From Balanoglossus misakiensis (Eukaryota > Animalia > Hemichordata): a stretch of 64,000 bases of DNA. Position 1 is the stretch's first letter, and every line of letters begins with the position of its first letter. The stretch spans positions 7,613,677 through 7,677,676 of the forward strand of contig CM082592.2 of NCBI GenBank assembly GCA_040954595.2, written 5' to 3'. The translations under genes and the position numbers were made by a program. The notes below the pieces were generated by a model, which saw nothing but the letters and a program-made list of their open reading frames with translations, was not told where the DNA came from and ran no database searches. Of this stretch, positions 49,939 through 61,933 are shown piece after piece.

Positions 49939-52923
49939 TTAACTACTGTTCTGACTGTCCTTCCGCTCGCGTGAAGGCTCTACACTTCGTTCATCTCGTG
50001 GTTTCCCTGTTCCAAATATACTGGCAGATTGGGAGCTTTGTACACGCTGGTTGATAGGATCTGGTACTGTACGGGGCGCCAGTTTAAGTCTGGGTCTGGC
50101 CGCTGCTTCCTCTGCAAAGAAACCAAAACAGAGTTGTGACAATCTTCACCATTTCCACATTTTCTGCACCACAGTCTTTTCCCAACAATGTTTTTACACT
50201 ACAAGATTTTCCTGTAATCAGCCTTGGATTAGAAATATTTTAAACACTGAAACTGAGAATACTCCTTTAATTGAAGTAGTCAAGGTTACTGTATATTTTC
50301 AATGCTATGGAATCATTATATACATACCTGGAGTTGGTTCTCTGAGATCGTCTTCAGCTCTCGGTGCAGTCCGCCTATCTCGATAATAACCACCGGCACC
50401 GCCACCGGCACCGCCACCGGGCGCTCCCCGACTTCCTCCTCCTCCCACTCCCTCTGCTGCTCCCCCTGGTCCCCCACGTCGGCCACCTCCCCTGTAATCA
50501 CCCCTGTAATCCCCACCACTGCCTTGCCTGGTGTCGCCTGGGCCATCTCTGTTACTGTAACCTGAGGGGGGAAAGGAATCAGTTTTACTGTGAAACCGGT
50601 GTGTGATGGGCATGAAGCCAATTTTAATGAGTGCGAATAATTAATAAGCATTAATATTAATGAGTAGCAAGCACTCAAGTCAAGATGGCTGGAACCCTGA
50701 CTGTGCCTTAGAAAATCATAAAGCATAGCCAGCACCCAACAAGCTTAGGCGGCCAACTGCCTTCTACACTAACAGTGAACTCTGACAGTAACAATCTTCA
50801 CTCACCCCGATAGCCTCCGTCTTGGTAACCTCCTCTTCCTCTGCCGCCACCTCCTCCACCTCCGGCTCCACGGTAACCTGGATTTGAAATTTTTAGAAGT
50901 GAAACTTTAAATCTGATTCATTCAATTATGCCATCTAAACATTAAGAACATTTCTGGTTCAGAGTTGACTTCTATCTAGTTATGGTTGGTCAGCTGATAT
51001 GCTTATTTCTCGAATGAAAGCAAGATAATGTGAAAAACAGGAAAAAGACGATAAATGGACTGTGTGTTACATACCGCCACCGCCACCACCTCGAGGTCCT
51101 CCCCGGAATCCTCCTGGTTTATCACTACGACGTGCTTCAGCAACATCAACTCGTAATGGCCGGTCCTCGTACTCCTGAAAGACCAAACCGAAGAAATCAC
51201 GCATCAAATCAATGCTGTGGTACATATACTCACTGGCAGTCCAAATACTAGCCAGAAGCCACACCCAGGTGGTGTGTGGGGTTTCTGTGTCTTGTATTTG
51301 AAACAGAAAGCGTCCACAAATGCCTTGTGCAATGACTGATCTATACTTACAGCACCATTGTAAGTCAGGGCATCTTTAAGGGATTCAAGATCCTCAAACT
51401 CAACGTAGCAAAATCCTGCATGGATGAAAAATTTAAAGATTAATTCTGCATACAATCTGAGACATGATTAGGTTTAGGCATTACTTAGCTGACAAAACAA
51501 TTACCTTCTCTACTTTTACCAAATCAATAATATCTAACAATTGTCTTGAAATATATTAGATAGACAATCCAAACTCACCTTTGAATTTATCTGTTTCTTT
51601 GTCTCTTACAAGTCGAACATTTTTAACCTGCAAATAAAAGTTGCACATAAGCAGTTGTTTTTTTCCTGCTGGAATCATATTTAAAGTCTGAGAAACAAAT
51701 ATGCATGTAGTAAAAAAGGTAGCCAAATATCTGAATCTATCTGCTTGGAGGACTATTATCAAGTGAGCATACTTACTCTTAACTGACTGAATATATGGTC
51801 CAAGTCACCCTGTACACAGTTACTTGGAAGGTTTCCTACAAATGCTGTGAAAGGTGGTTCTGTTGGGAGTGGTTTGGGCTGTCTTCCACCCCCACCCCCA
51901 CCACCGCCGCCTCCGTAACCTCGTTTACGATCATCATAGTCATTACGTCTACGAGAGAAGAGTTTGACAAACTAATTACATTTATGTATTCAATTCCTAC
52001 ACACAACGCCACCGTGCAGAAATAGTAACTGGGTACACCCTGCTGACATCACAGTTCATTTGGACATGTTCCCTTCAGTATTTCCACAGTTATTGTGGCT
52101 GCCCCTTGTGACTGTTGTGTTTTGTTCTTTTATTTTCTGTGAAGTTACAATCGCGTGAATTGAGCCTAATGATGTTGGTGGGATACCCTAGCCATAGGGC
52201 TAGAAGGGCTAGCTCCATGCTCTAGCGTTTAAACCCATATGGACATTCATCATAGAGGTAATACAGTAGAAACTCCACTGCCCCTCCGGGCTCCATGGAT
52301 CCACCAAAGACTAACACTATTAAGATTTTTCACAGTGATAGAAAGACAATGAATCTATACACGGGAAAATAATGACACAAAACGACACTCGTTTTTTTCC
52401 GCCATCTGTGTATGTCAGGGGTCACTGACATTGACAATCGCGCGTGCTGCTATGTAACTAACTGCATACATTAAAATTGGGGAGGCCATCGTGCGCAGGA
52501 AACGTGCTCCCGGCCAGCTGGTCAAAATTATACTGCAGTTTGAAACCGGCTGCCGCCAATTCCAACATACACCTCGATCCGATGGCCGATTTATTGTTAG
52601 GGAAGGAGAAAACTCGTTCACGGCAAAATGGCCGTGAGTATTCAATGAAAGTGGGAGTTTGAGTGGCCATTACGACTACGAGTGGCTCGCATTCTCTGAC
52701 TCACTTCAATGTGTCAATGAAGGCAAACCCACGCTCCGAGATATTGCACTTGTTTATCCGGCGCAGTTCCGCATCAAACGATCTGATTTTAGCCTTGATC
52801 GATGGATTGCTTATCCACGACTCTGTCTGGAAGACAAATGAGAAATACTGACCCGTATTGACCGCCTCCGCCGTATGATCCGTACCGCGGAGCGTCGTCT
52901 TGGTATGAGCCATGGTCCGACAT
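49939..52923 (-). CDS. EIF4H: Eukaryotic translation initiation factor 4H
   Basis: Exon 1 52853-52923, exon 2 51776-51948 ([20 protein letters not shown]), [33 protein letters not shown]-rich middle, and C-terminal [11 protein letters not shown]...[11 protein letters not shown]; stop at 49939-49941. Confidence 0.95.
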
Positions 52924-54022
52924 CTTGGATGCAGCCCATAATAGGCAACGTTTGCTGGTTCGTTGTTTCTTTTTCTCAATTTGACCACCCAAGGAAGGTC
53001 AAAATGTTCACCATTTTATTTCCATAAAGACACAAAAGACGAAAAGATCAAATCTAAGAATCCCTTCTAAGAATAGGTATTATTACCCAAGCCATGTATG
53101 ACTAAATGATATCGTTTCCTGAGTCATTCATAAAACGTATAAAGTGTTTTTCACATTATATTTCTGCATTATTTGCGGGAGGAAGATATACTTAGGGGTC
53201 CCGAATTTGTCATTTTTGCTTGGCAACGGAGTCAGACTTACATTTCGAATCTCGGTGTCTGTAGGGCGGTGCTTGTGAAGATTGCGTGATTTAGATATTG
53301 CTTTTACAAAAAAAGACAAGATAGTGGCCGAGTGAAAAGAAAACCCATTTTATTATCAGCTGAGATAAAAGGATACGGTGTACACCCGCTATAACCTATT
53401 TATTATTTAAAATGTACTGCGATTGTATGCGCCAACAAGCTCCTGGAATAAACCGGAATATCAGACCTAAATCGACATTTTTTAAATTTCAATGAGGTGC
53501 TTTGTAGTTGTAATGAAGTTTGAATTACGAAAAATATTGCTCTAAAATGGAGAAGTTGGTTAAAATTTGGCTTTTTTGTTTGAAATCATGTTAAAAGTTT
53601 CTGAAAGTAAGTCAAGTAGTTCATGAATGTAACGTGATTTTATAGGCCGTACTTTTGGTTGCAATGAACATAGGCCTATTTCCGATCAAAAAGATAAATA
53701 AGCCACAATTTATCCTGTCTAACTTTTCAAACAGAACTAGAGAGAACCGTAATTTTGCCGATTTTGTGACATTAACAACTCAGAAACTTTTAAAAATGTA
53801 AAACGTCCTTACAATAACGCCCATGCCCAGGGATGTGGATTAATCTGAACCCGAATCCATCGCTAGTGTCAATCGCCACATCGCATGCACTGACGCGCTG
53901 GGGCATGATCGCACGCCATCCAGTCGATTCAAACTGTGGTACATATTACATTTTATGTAGACACTGAAAGTCAAAAACCACTGACGTCGTCGTAGAGGTT
54001 ACTCTGAAGGAACGCGGCAGCC

Positions 54023-56558
54023 ATGTTTCAACAAGCTGGGTACCAAGGTGACAGGATTGTGATGGACGAATATAACAGTGATTTGCACTTGTGTGCAGCG
54101 CCTGACGGTGTGACAGGCTGGGATCTGCACGACAAAGGATTCCAGTATATGTGGGCCGGAGGTCGCGCTACACACGGAGTACGACAAGGCAGGGTAAGTG
54201 TATCTGGGACGTCCAATGAATGATAATCAGATATTGATACATATAGTCAATCGAGACGTTGCTTAAGTTACATAGTATATAGTGATTTAGATACAGGCCA
54301 ATCAAATTGGTAAATTACATCAGTTCTTTTAATTTGATCAATGAAATGCAAAATATTGCCTAGACTACAAAACTTGACATTTATTAGCTTTTCACTTGCA
54401 GGTATGCTTTGAGTGTACTGTGATTGAGTATCAAAATGTGGATATGCCAGAAACAGAGAAAGTCCCCCACGTACTGCGAGTTGGATGGTCTACACACAAC
54501 ACCGGCTTTGACCTGGGAGAAACCAGTCTGTCATATGGGTTTGGTGGGACGGGTAAAATCTCGTCGAACAACAAATTCATGGACTATGGCCAGCCGTTCG
54601 GAGTTGGGGACACCATCACCTGCTACTTAGACCTGGACGCACGTCCAGCTGCCATCTTTTATGCAAAGAATGGACAGTACTTGGGAGTGGCGTTCAAACC
54701 GGGCTCGGAAATAAGTGGACAGACTTTGTATCCTCACGTGAACCTCAAGAACGTTCGGTTTGAGATAAACTTTGGGGATAGACCCCCGAGGTTTCAAATC
54801 ACGCAGGGATTTCAAATGCTGCAGTGGTTGCCGCCAAACGCTCTTATCCAGGCTCCGTGCGAGTCAAATCGGAAAGAGGATCACGAAATTTTGATGATGA
54901 TCGGCTTGCCCGGAAGTGGGAAGACTACTTGGGCCGAGCAGTACACCAAGCAGCATCCCGATAAGAAATACTATATCTTGGGAACAAATGCTATCATAGA
55001 CAAAATGAAAGTGATGGGCCTTAAAAGGCAGAAGAACTACCATGGTCGGTGGGACCAGCTCATAAAACAGTCCACAGACTGCCTGAACCAAACGTTCAAA
55101 CTTGCCGAGAGAAAAGTGAGAAATTACATCTTGGATCAGACCAATGTGTACTTCACTGCGAGAAGACGGAAAATGAACAATTTCAGGGGGTTCAAGCGAA
55201 TCGCGATCGTCCTTGTCAACACTAAAGAAGAACTTGACAGGAGAATTGAAAAGAGGACAAGAGAGGAAGGCAAAGTTGTCCCAGAGTCGGCTGTGAAGGA
55301 AATGATGGCAAATTTCTCCCTCCCGGAAGTCGGAGACTGCTTTGATGAAGTTCGATATGTTGAGGAAGATGAGCAAAAGTCCAAGGAGCTTGTCGACATG
55401 TACAAGAAAGAAGGACTTGAGTTCAAGAACCAGGAGAAGAAAAGATCTGCCGAAGGAGAAAACGAGCCTCCAAGTAAAAGATTTAGCTCAGGAGGTCCGC
55501 GAGGTCCGCCAGGGGGGTTTATGCCACAAAGAGGTGGGCCGGATGGATTTCCCCCCAGAGGTGGCCCAGATGGATTCCCTCCCAGAGGTGGCCCAGATAG
55601 ATTTTCTCCCAGAGGGCCGCCACCAATGGGAGCAAGGGGTCCACCAGGAGGTTACCCGGGAAGAAGTACAGAATTAGACTTTCAGCGAGATCGTGATTAC
55701 CAGCGGGGTCCACCTGGGAATGGTTATCAACGGGGTCCATCACCGGGGAGCGATTACAAACAGGGGCCAATGGGGAGCGATTACCAGCGGGGTGCACCTG
55801 GGGGCGACTATAAACAGGGTCCAATGGGGAGCAGTTACCAGCGGGGTCCACCAGGAGGTGGCTACGGCAGGGGGGATGCACCGCCCCCACGAGACAATTA
55901 CGGACAAGCGTATGGCGACTTCAAGCGGATTAAGGAGGAACCGTCGCAGCCAGGGTATGGCCAAGGGTGGGACAGTCAGTCTCAGCAGGGAGGGTACGGC
56001 GGGTATGCCTCACAGATGTCGTCATCCGCATATCAAGGTGGTCCTGGTGCTGGTGGTGGCAGCATGCAGCAGCAGACAGGCACTTACGGAGCATCGTCAT
56101 ACGGCAGAGATTCATCCAGCAGAAGTTACGAAGGCCAAGGCTACGGCGCCACCATCAAAACAGAACCTGGTCAAGGTCAGTACGGTGCCACTGCTGGAGG
56201 AACAGCCGGCGCTTGCTCACAACCGTACGGGGCATCGTCCGGAGGCTACAGCCAAGGCAGGCAACAATCAGGATACGGGTCGTACTCCCAACCAAGCCAA
56301 GGGTACGGCAGTCAAGCGAGCCAGGGCTACCAGCAAGGCCAGCAGGGCTATTCTTCTGGCCAGTCGCAGGGTTACGCCAGCCAGCCAAGTCAGGGATATC
56401 CCAGCCAGCCAAGCCAAGGCTACTCCAGCCAGCCAGCCCAGGGCTACCCTAGTCAACCCCAAGGGTACTCCAGCCAGCAAGGGCAAGGTTATTCCGGCCA
56501 GAGTGGGTATGGAAGTGCTGGGTACGGAGGTGGATATCAACAAGGCCCTAAGTATTGA
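54023..56558 (+). CDS. HNRNPUL1: hnRNP U / hnRNP UL1-like protein (SPRY, P-loop AAA/PNK-like, RGG and SYGQ low-complexity tail), 2 coding exons, about 775 aa
   Basis: Exons 54023-54193 and 54402-56558 join in phase 0. SPRY: FQYMWAGGRATHGV, LRVGWS, SYGFGGTG. Walker A GLPGSGKT, NYILDQTNVY, VPESAVKEM. No SAP domain seen. Which paralogue it is remains uncertain. Confidence 0.88.
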
Positions 56559-58963
56559 GTCAAGAGACTAGACATCCAGCCTAGACAGCTGTGTATTCCG
56601 CTCACAAATATAGACTGTCATTCAGTAAAGACAACCCTCTTGAAGTGATTACTTCACTGTCAAATAAAATTCTCATCCTGGTACCTGCAACCTTTTAGTT
56701 TTGTTACTTGATGACTTTAAAAATCAGTTTTAAATTTAGATATCAAACCACAAGAGTACATTTTTTAGGTGTTTATATTGCAGGCGGCCAGGGGGGAAAT
56801 GCAAATCCTTCCAAACTGTTCTACATTGCCGAACAAATACAGTTCAGTGTTCCAACAGAGGTTTCAGTGTTTATGCGGATATTTTAGATTTGAACAGAAG
56901 TGTTTGGTTTCTGTAAATCATGTTGTTGGTTACACCAACCCATTGCTGTTCAGTTCAGAAGTTGATGAAGTGTTAAATTCGTAAATAATTTACCACCATA
57001 TTTCATTGGCTTTCCTTTATTTCCATATTACTTATTTTTATATTTAAAAAAATTGGGATGAAAATTGCCTACTATATATGGGCATGCGTTAACCAGTTGT
57101 TTGGAAAGGCAATTATTTATCCTGTAAACTGTATCTACAAATATATGTAGTTAGTTCTTGGTCACTAAGGCTTTGAAGACTTTTCAGACTTTGAATGACA
57201 GTTTTCATGTTATATGTGTTATTGTTAAAACTATACGGTAACTCGTAGTCATTTCAACAATTGCTAGATAGTATATCTCAGCACAAATTTGTCAAATATG
57301 ATTGTTAAAGACAGACAAGGAAAATCAAGCCACCTTGAAGCTAATGAAGCATGATTTTCTCGTTAATAGACTATTATATTCTGCTGTTGTGAGATCTTGC
57401 AAGACTTTGTTATTGCCGTTGAAGCTAGACTAGATGCGGAGTTTAACAGAAATTCTAACTTTTGTGCCGTTCAACACAATAGGCTATGTGTTTTTAGTCC
57501 TGTGTCACATGAGGTTATCCTCCCATATAAACTGCCTAGATCTCACAGGGTCCCGTTGAGTTCAGGAAATGGTCTAACCGTCTTGCACCGACTCCTGCAA
57601 TGTGCTGGTGTACAAAAGCATGTTATAGTGTACAAAAAGACGTATGTGAAAGTGTTCTTAGGAAAATGTTGCTTATTGGCTGTGTTTGAAATACCCTGTA
57701 GGATTTTGTATGTTTTTATTTTTGTTAGGCGAGAATTCCAATACATATCAGTTGGTGATAACTTTCGTAGTTAGAACAACAGGCCAGTGGAGTTCCTTAT
57801 ATACCCATTTCATTCAACTTTGAACTGCCATACGTATACATATACATGTACTTGTATCACTATACGATACAATAAAATATTTGTTTTTCACCAGAACTCA
57901 TGGCTGAGAGTGAGTTGTATTCTACAAGTTAGACAACACATTATTTTTCTCAAAAAGTTAAAATTTTATTGCATAGGCATTTTTATCAGCATAAGCATGA
58001 ACAGGTACACAAGTTGAAAACCTTATTCCCCAAATATAAATGTAAATTGTAAACAACAGAAACAATTGTAACATGATGTAATCCCTCCCCATGATGAGTA
58101 AAGTTCTCCTAAATGCCTTGTGTGTCATCTTTCTAAATGTTGAAATATTACAAAATCTAACATGGATAATAATTTGATGCAATGAAAACTTTAGCTGTGT
58201 GTATACTTGTAAATGTTTCAACTTTATTTAAACTTTTAAAGTAACTTACTAAATAGGTAGAAAGGGTAAAGAACAAGAGGAAAGATGAGGTTGAGAATAC
58301 TCTATAGAAGTTGTATATACATTAGTGAGTTCGTACACTCAGTCATTCACAATGCCAGGACATTCAAGGATTTTTTCCAGAAGCACCTTTGGGAGAAAAC
58401 GTCATGAGATGTAATGTTGAGTTAGAGGCAGTTTGTCTGACTTTCTTTATTGCATAGTCATCCTCCATGTCCAGTCAAAATGTTCCGAGTTGTGGACCTT
58501 GCGTAACCCCACCCCCTGCTTCACAGTTAATTGTTGGTTTCATAGTAGACATGTGTGGTTTAAACACATTACAGGACTACTAGTAGTAGTATGTCTTCAA
58601 TGATTAATAAACAAAACTCTATAACACTAGAAAAATGAAATTATATTACAAAAAGAAAGAGTGTGATAATAACAAATAAAAACTCGAAACAATATGTATT
58701 TCTGTATGCACCTATAAAGTATAATCATTCAGATCTAAATTATTCCCTTTTAAAATTGATCTAGCAAACTATATGTATAAATAAATCTACTATATTAAAA
58801 CATATGCAAATGATTACTGTTAAATCTTAAATTTAAACTCTGCATGATATAAGCCCTTTGCTGCCACTTCTCAAAAACTAGATTTCAGCGTAATCTGTCA
58901 GACCACAAACGACGATGTCTGACGTGTAATGTACGTGCGTTGGCCCGGGTCAAAGGTCAAAGG

Positions 58964-61056
58964 TCATAGAGAGATCGGGGAAGAGGATGGAGTGCGAGCT
59001 CTTCTGAACTTTCTCTTCAGTGCCTTGGTCATCAGTGGTGTCAGTCCGGTTCCATGTTCTTCTAGGTCAGTTGGTCTTATAGGCGTCCCTCCCGGACTCC
59101 TGGCTATGTCCACTTTCTTGAGACGGTTCTGGAATGCCTGCACCTCCTTTGGGATCCTAGAAAAAAAAATTGAGGAGGAATTTGGTTGAGATTACATTTG
59201 GTGCAATGTTCAAGTACTGTGTCAATGTACCATATCCACATAGCATTGTAATATCAGTATAATGGTGGTTGCCACAGAAATAGACACGTTTACATAAACT
59301 GAACATTGTAATTTCAGGTTAACTTACCCTTTCCACAGTTTTTCCAGCTCAGAAGTCCTGTTACTGTTGATATCTGGGTCTGGTTTATCTGATTCTGACC
59401 TTGATCTCTTCAGTTGAACTTTCTGGAGGTCATTTAGTAGCACCACGGGTTGATTGCGAGGGGGTGGGGTTACCTAAGAGAGAGAGAGAGAGATAATAAC
59501 AGTGCCCTCTTGTCTAGATGTCAAGGTGAAAGCTGACTTGTTTGCAGTAAATATGGGAATAGCACACGTTACCTGTTTGGTATCATCTCTCACATCTTGC
59601 ACCGGTTTCAATTTGACTTTCTTTAAATCTTGAAGTGTAATTACGGGATTACTGGACTTTTCAGCGAGAACTTTGGTTTTCTGAAATCCGAATAACAAAA
59701 AGGTAGAGTCACTATAATGCACTGTGATAGTGGAAAACATAACAGATTGCCACCAAATTTCATTCTTGCGAGCAAGTTACACATTCAGTCTCAAAGATCC
59801 ACAACATACCTCGCTCTTTTTCTTCTTCAGGAAGCCAAGATCCACTGGTTTAAACAGACTTCCAGGGGGCGGGGGAGGTGGAGGTGGGGGAGGTACGGCA
59901 ACAGGTGGGGGAGATGGCACATTTGCTTTGGGAGGCTGGAGTTCTCCAAGTGACACTGGTGGATTGGAGCCAAAAATGAAACTGGTGTTGACGGCAACGT
60001 CTGTGTTGCATCTCGATTTGTGTGCAGGTAAATTATCATCTCCGTCGAAACTTTTCTTTGAATCTCTGTGCAAGCAACAACGTTGGCACGAAGGGTGTTT
60101 GTAGTTCTCCTGCAGGATGACAAAAAAATGGAAAAGAAGCTAGGAGCAATTCATATATGATAAAGTCACCCTTGCATCTCAGTGAGTAATAGAATTTCAA
60201 ACCCCCAAGGACTTCAGATAAGACTTTTCACACTCACCAGGGATATTGTGTCTCACACAAGCTCCGCGGCTCATGTGAGATACAAACTCCCTGACGTGTG
60301 ATATAGTGATGATTTACCTTCTCTTTCTTGAGTTTCTTTAACTCGTTTTCTAAATCTTCGAGTCTGGTCAGAGTTGTCTGTAAATCTCTCTTGATTACTC
60401 TGGAGGGAAACACCAGATCTTTGGCCTTTTCAAAACCCTGAACAGTGGTAAAATATAATATATGAAATGTTAGGCGAATTTGGAAATGGTGAGATTGCCT
60501 AAATCCGCTTTCTGAAGTTGAAAGTTCAGCAATGGCACAAATGTCAAGTGAGCTACAGCATAGAACTTTACATCACATTCAGTTCTAGCAGACTTTGACT
60601 CTTGAATCTAGCCAGTCGGAGCATAATTACCTCAAACAGACTGTGGATACACCAGGTGCAAACTTTCGACACCAGGGGCAATTCCAACTGTGGCAAGTGA
60701 AACCAGCCGGTCGGGTCTGGTCCGAAGGCATCAACTTCAAGTTCAACAGCCATTTTCTGTGGCGAGTGCTTTCTGCTGCGTTTCTCGTCACGCCTGTGAT
60801 CATACAAGGTAAAAAAATCAGGAAAATGTTATGTTGGTCAGGCGTTTTCTCTGCATGTCCTTGAAAGATTACAGCACAGACTGTCTATGGTTACAGTGAT
60901 GGGAGTTTTAATAGCATTTTCTTACTTTGGTGTTTGTGGGAGAGTCAGCTGGTATCTACTATTGGCATTGCAGGATTTCCATCCCGATGCTTGTCTGACT
61001 CGTCTTCTCTTCCTTGCAGAGTAGTGTCTATTCCACTGGCCGTTTATCCGACTCAT
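58964..61056 (-). CDS. PRR11: Proline-rich protein 11
   Basis: Basic N-terminus (exon 60926-61056), poly-Pro exon, ITLQDLKKVKLK repeat, and C-terminal LKKVDIARSPGGTP...GTGLTPLMTKALKRKF closely matching vertebrate PRR11; stop at 58964-58966. Probable non-coding exon ending at 61476. Confidence 0.9.
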
Positions 61057-61534
61057 TTACAGACGTTACTGGACAAATGCCTCGACCACAATAGACACAA
61101 GTGCAAGACTGGCAAATGTCCAATGGTCTTATTTAAAATTAAAAGGGTGTGGTTCTGTAGGTCATCTCATCAGTAACGTACTGGTGCAACTCGCTGGAAA
61201 TAAATTAATTGCGAAAATGAAAATGTTTTTAAAGGGAAAATATAATCAAAACCTCAATTTAGGAAATACATGTACATATTTACCCCCCCCCCCCCCCGAA
61301 TTCCGAAACTGATGATCGTGATCAATGACAAACTGGCACTGTACTTCACGCAGTTTCAAGGTTATGAATGAACATCTCGGTTATACCCGTTCTATGGTTC
61401 AACTTGGCGATCGCGTAAACATACAGTTGTACCCAAAAAGTATCGACATGAAAGTTCAAAATAATCACAATTTACCTTGATTGTGCCAGAATCTGGCAGT
61501 CTTGAAGGTGTAAACACTTACGACTCACTACACA

Positions 61535-61705
61535 ACTCAGTTCGAATGAAACCGCTCTTAAGCTTTTCGGCCAATAAAAAAGCCTGTTTTACAATCAATG
61601 CAACCAATCATAAACACGGTAACACATGCACTTGTTGCGGGGACTTGGGCTAATTATAGCAATGTATTTTCAGTATAGAATTCAGCTTCACTGGTATTCG
61701 AATAA
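61535..61705. promoter_or_regulatory. PRR11/SKA2 bidirectional cell-cycle promoter
   Basis: Two CCAAT boxes at 61571-61575 and 61604-61608 (33 bp apart); CHR-type TTCGAA at 61541-61546 and 61697-61702. Confidence 0.6.
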
Positions 61706-61933
61706 AATATATAAAAGCACAAAAATAAACATTTTGATAATTTTTATATCATGAGTTTAACTTATATAGTTTATTTCTACATGTTAGTTGTCAAAATGAT
61801 AATTTTAAGTCAGTTATTTAATTCGCACTCATATCTCAGCAAAGGTGAACGACAGTTTGCAAATACATTATCATATACAGAGACAGAGATTAGCACTCAG
61901 GATCGACAACTGAGCTCGAGAATTGCATTAAAA

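Noticed and set aside
55500-56500. Repeat-spacer-like pattern (CRISPR-like)
   Set aside because: The repeats are in-frame codon repeats inside a eukaryotic CDS; there are no unique spacers or cas genes.
55693-56571. 292-aa overlapping ORF and nearby antisense ORFs
   Set aside because: Shadow frames of the repetitive GC-rich hnRNP U-like tail, with no recognisable domain.
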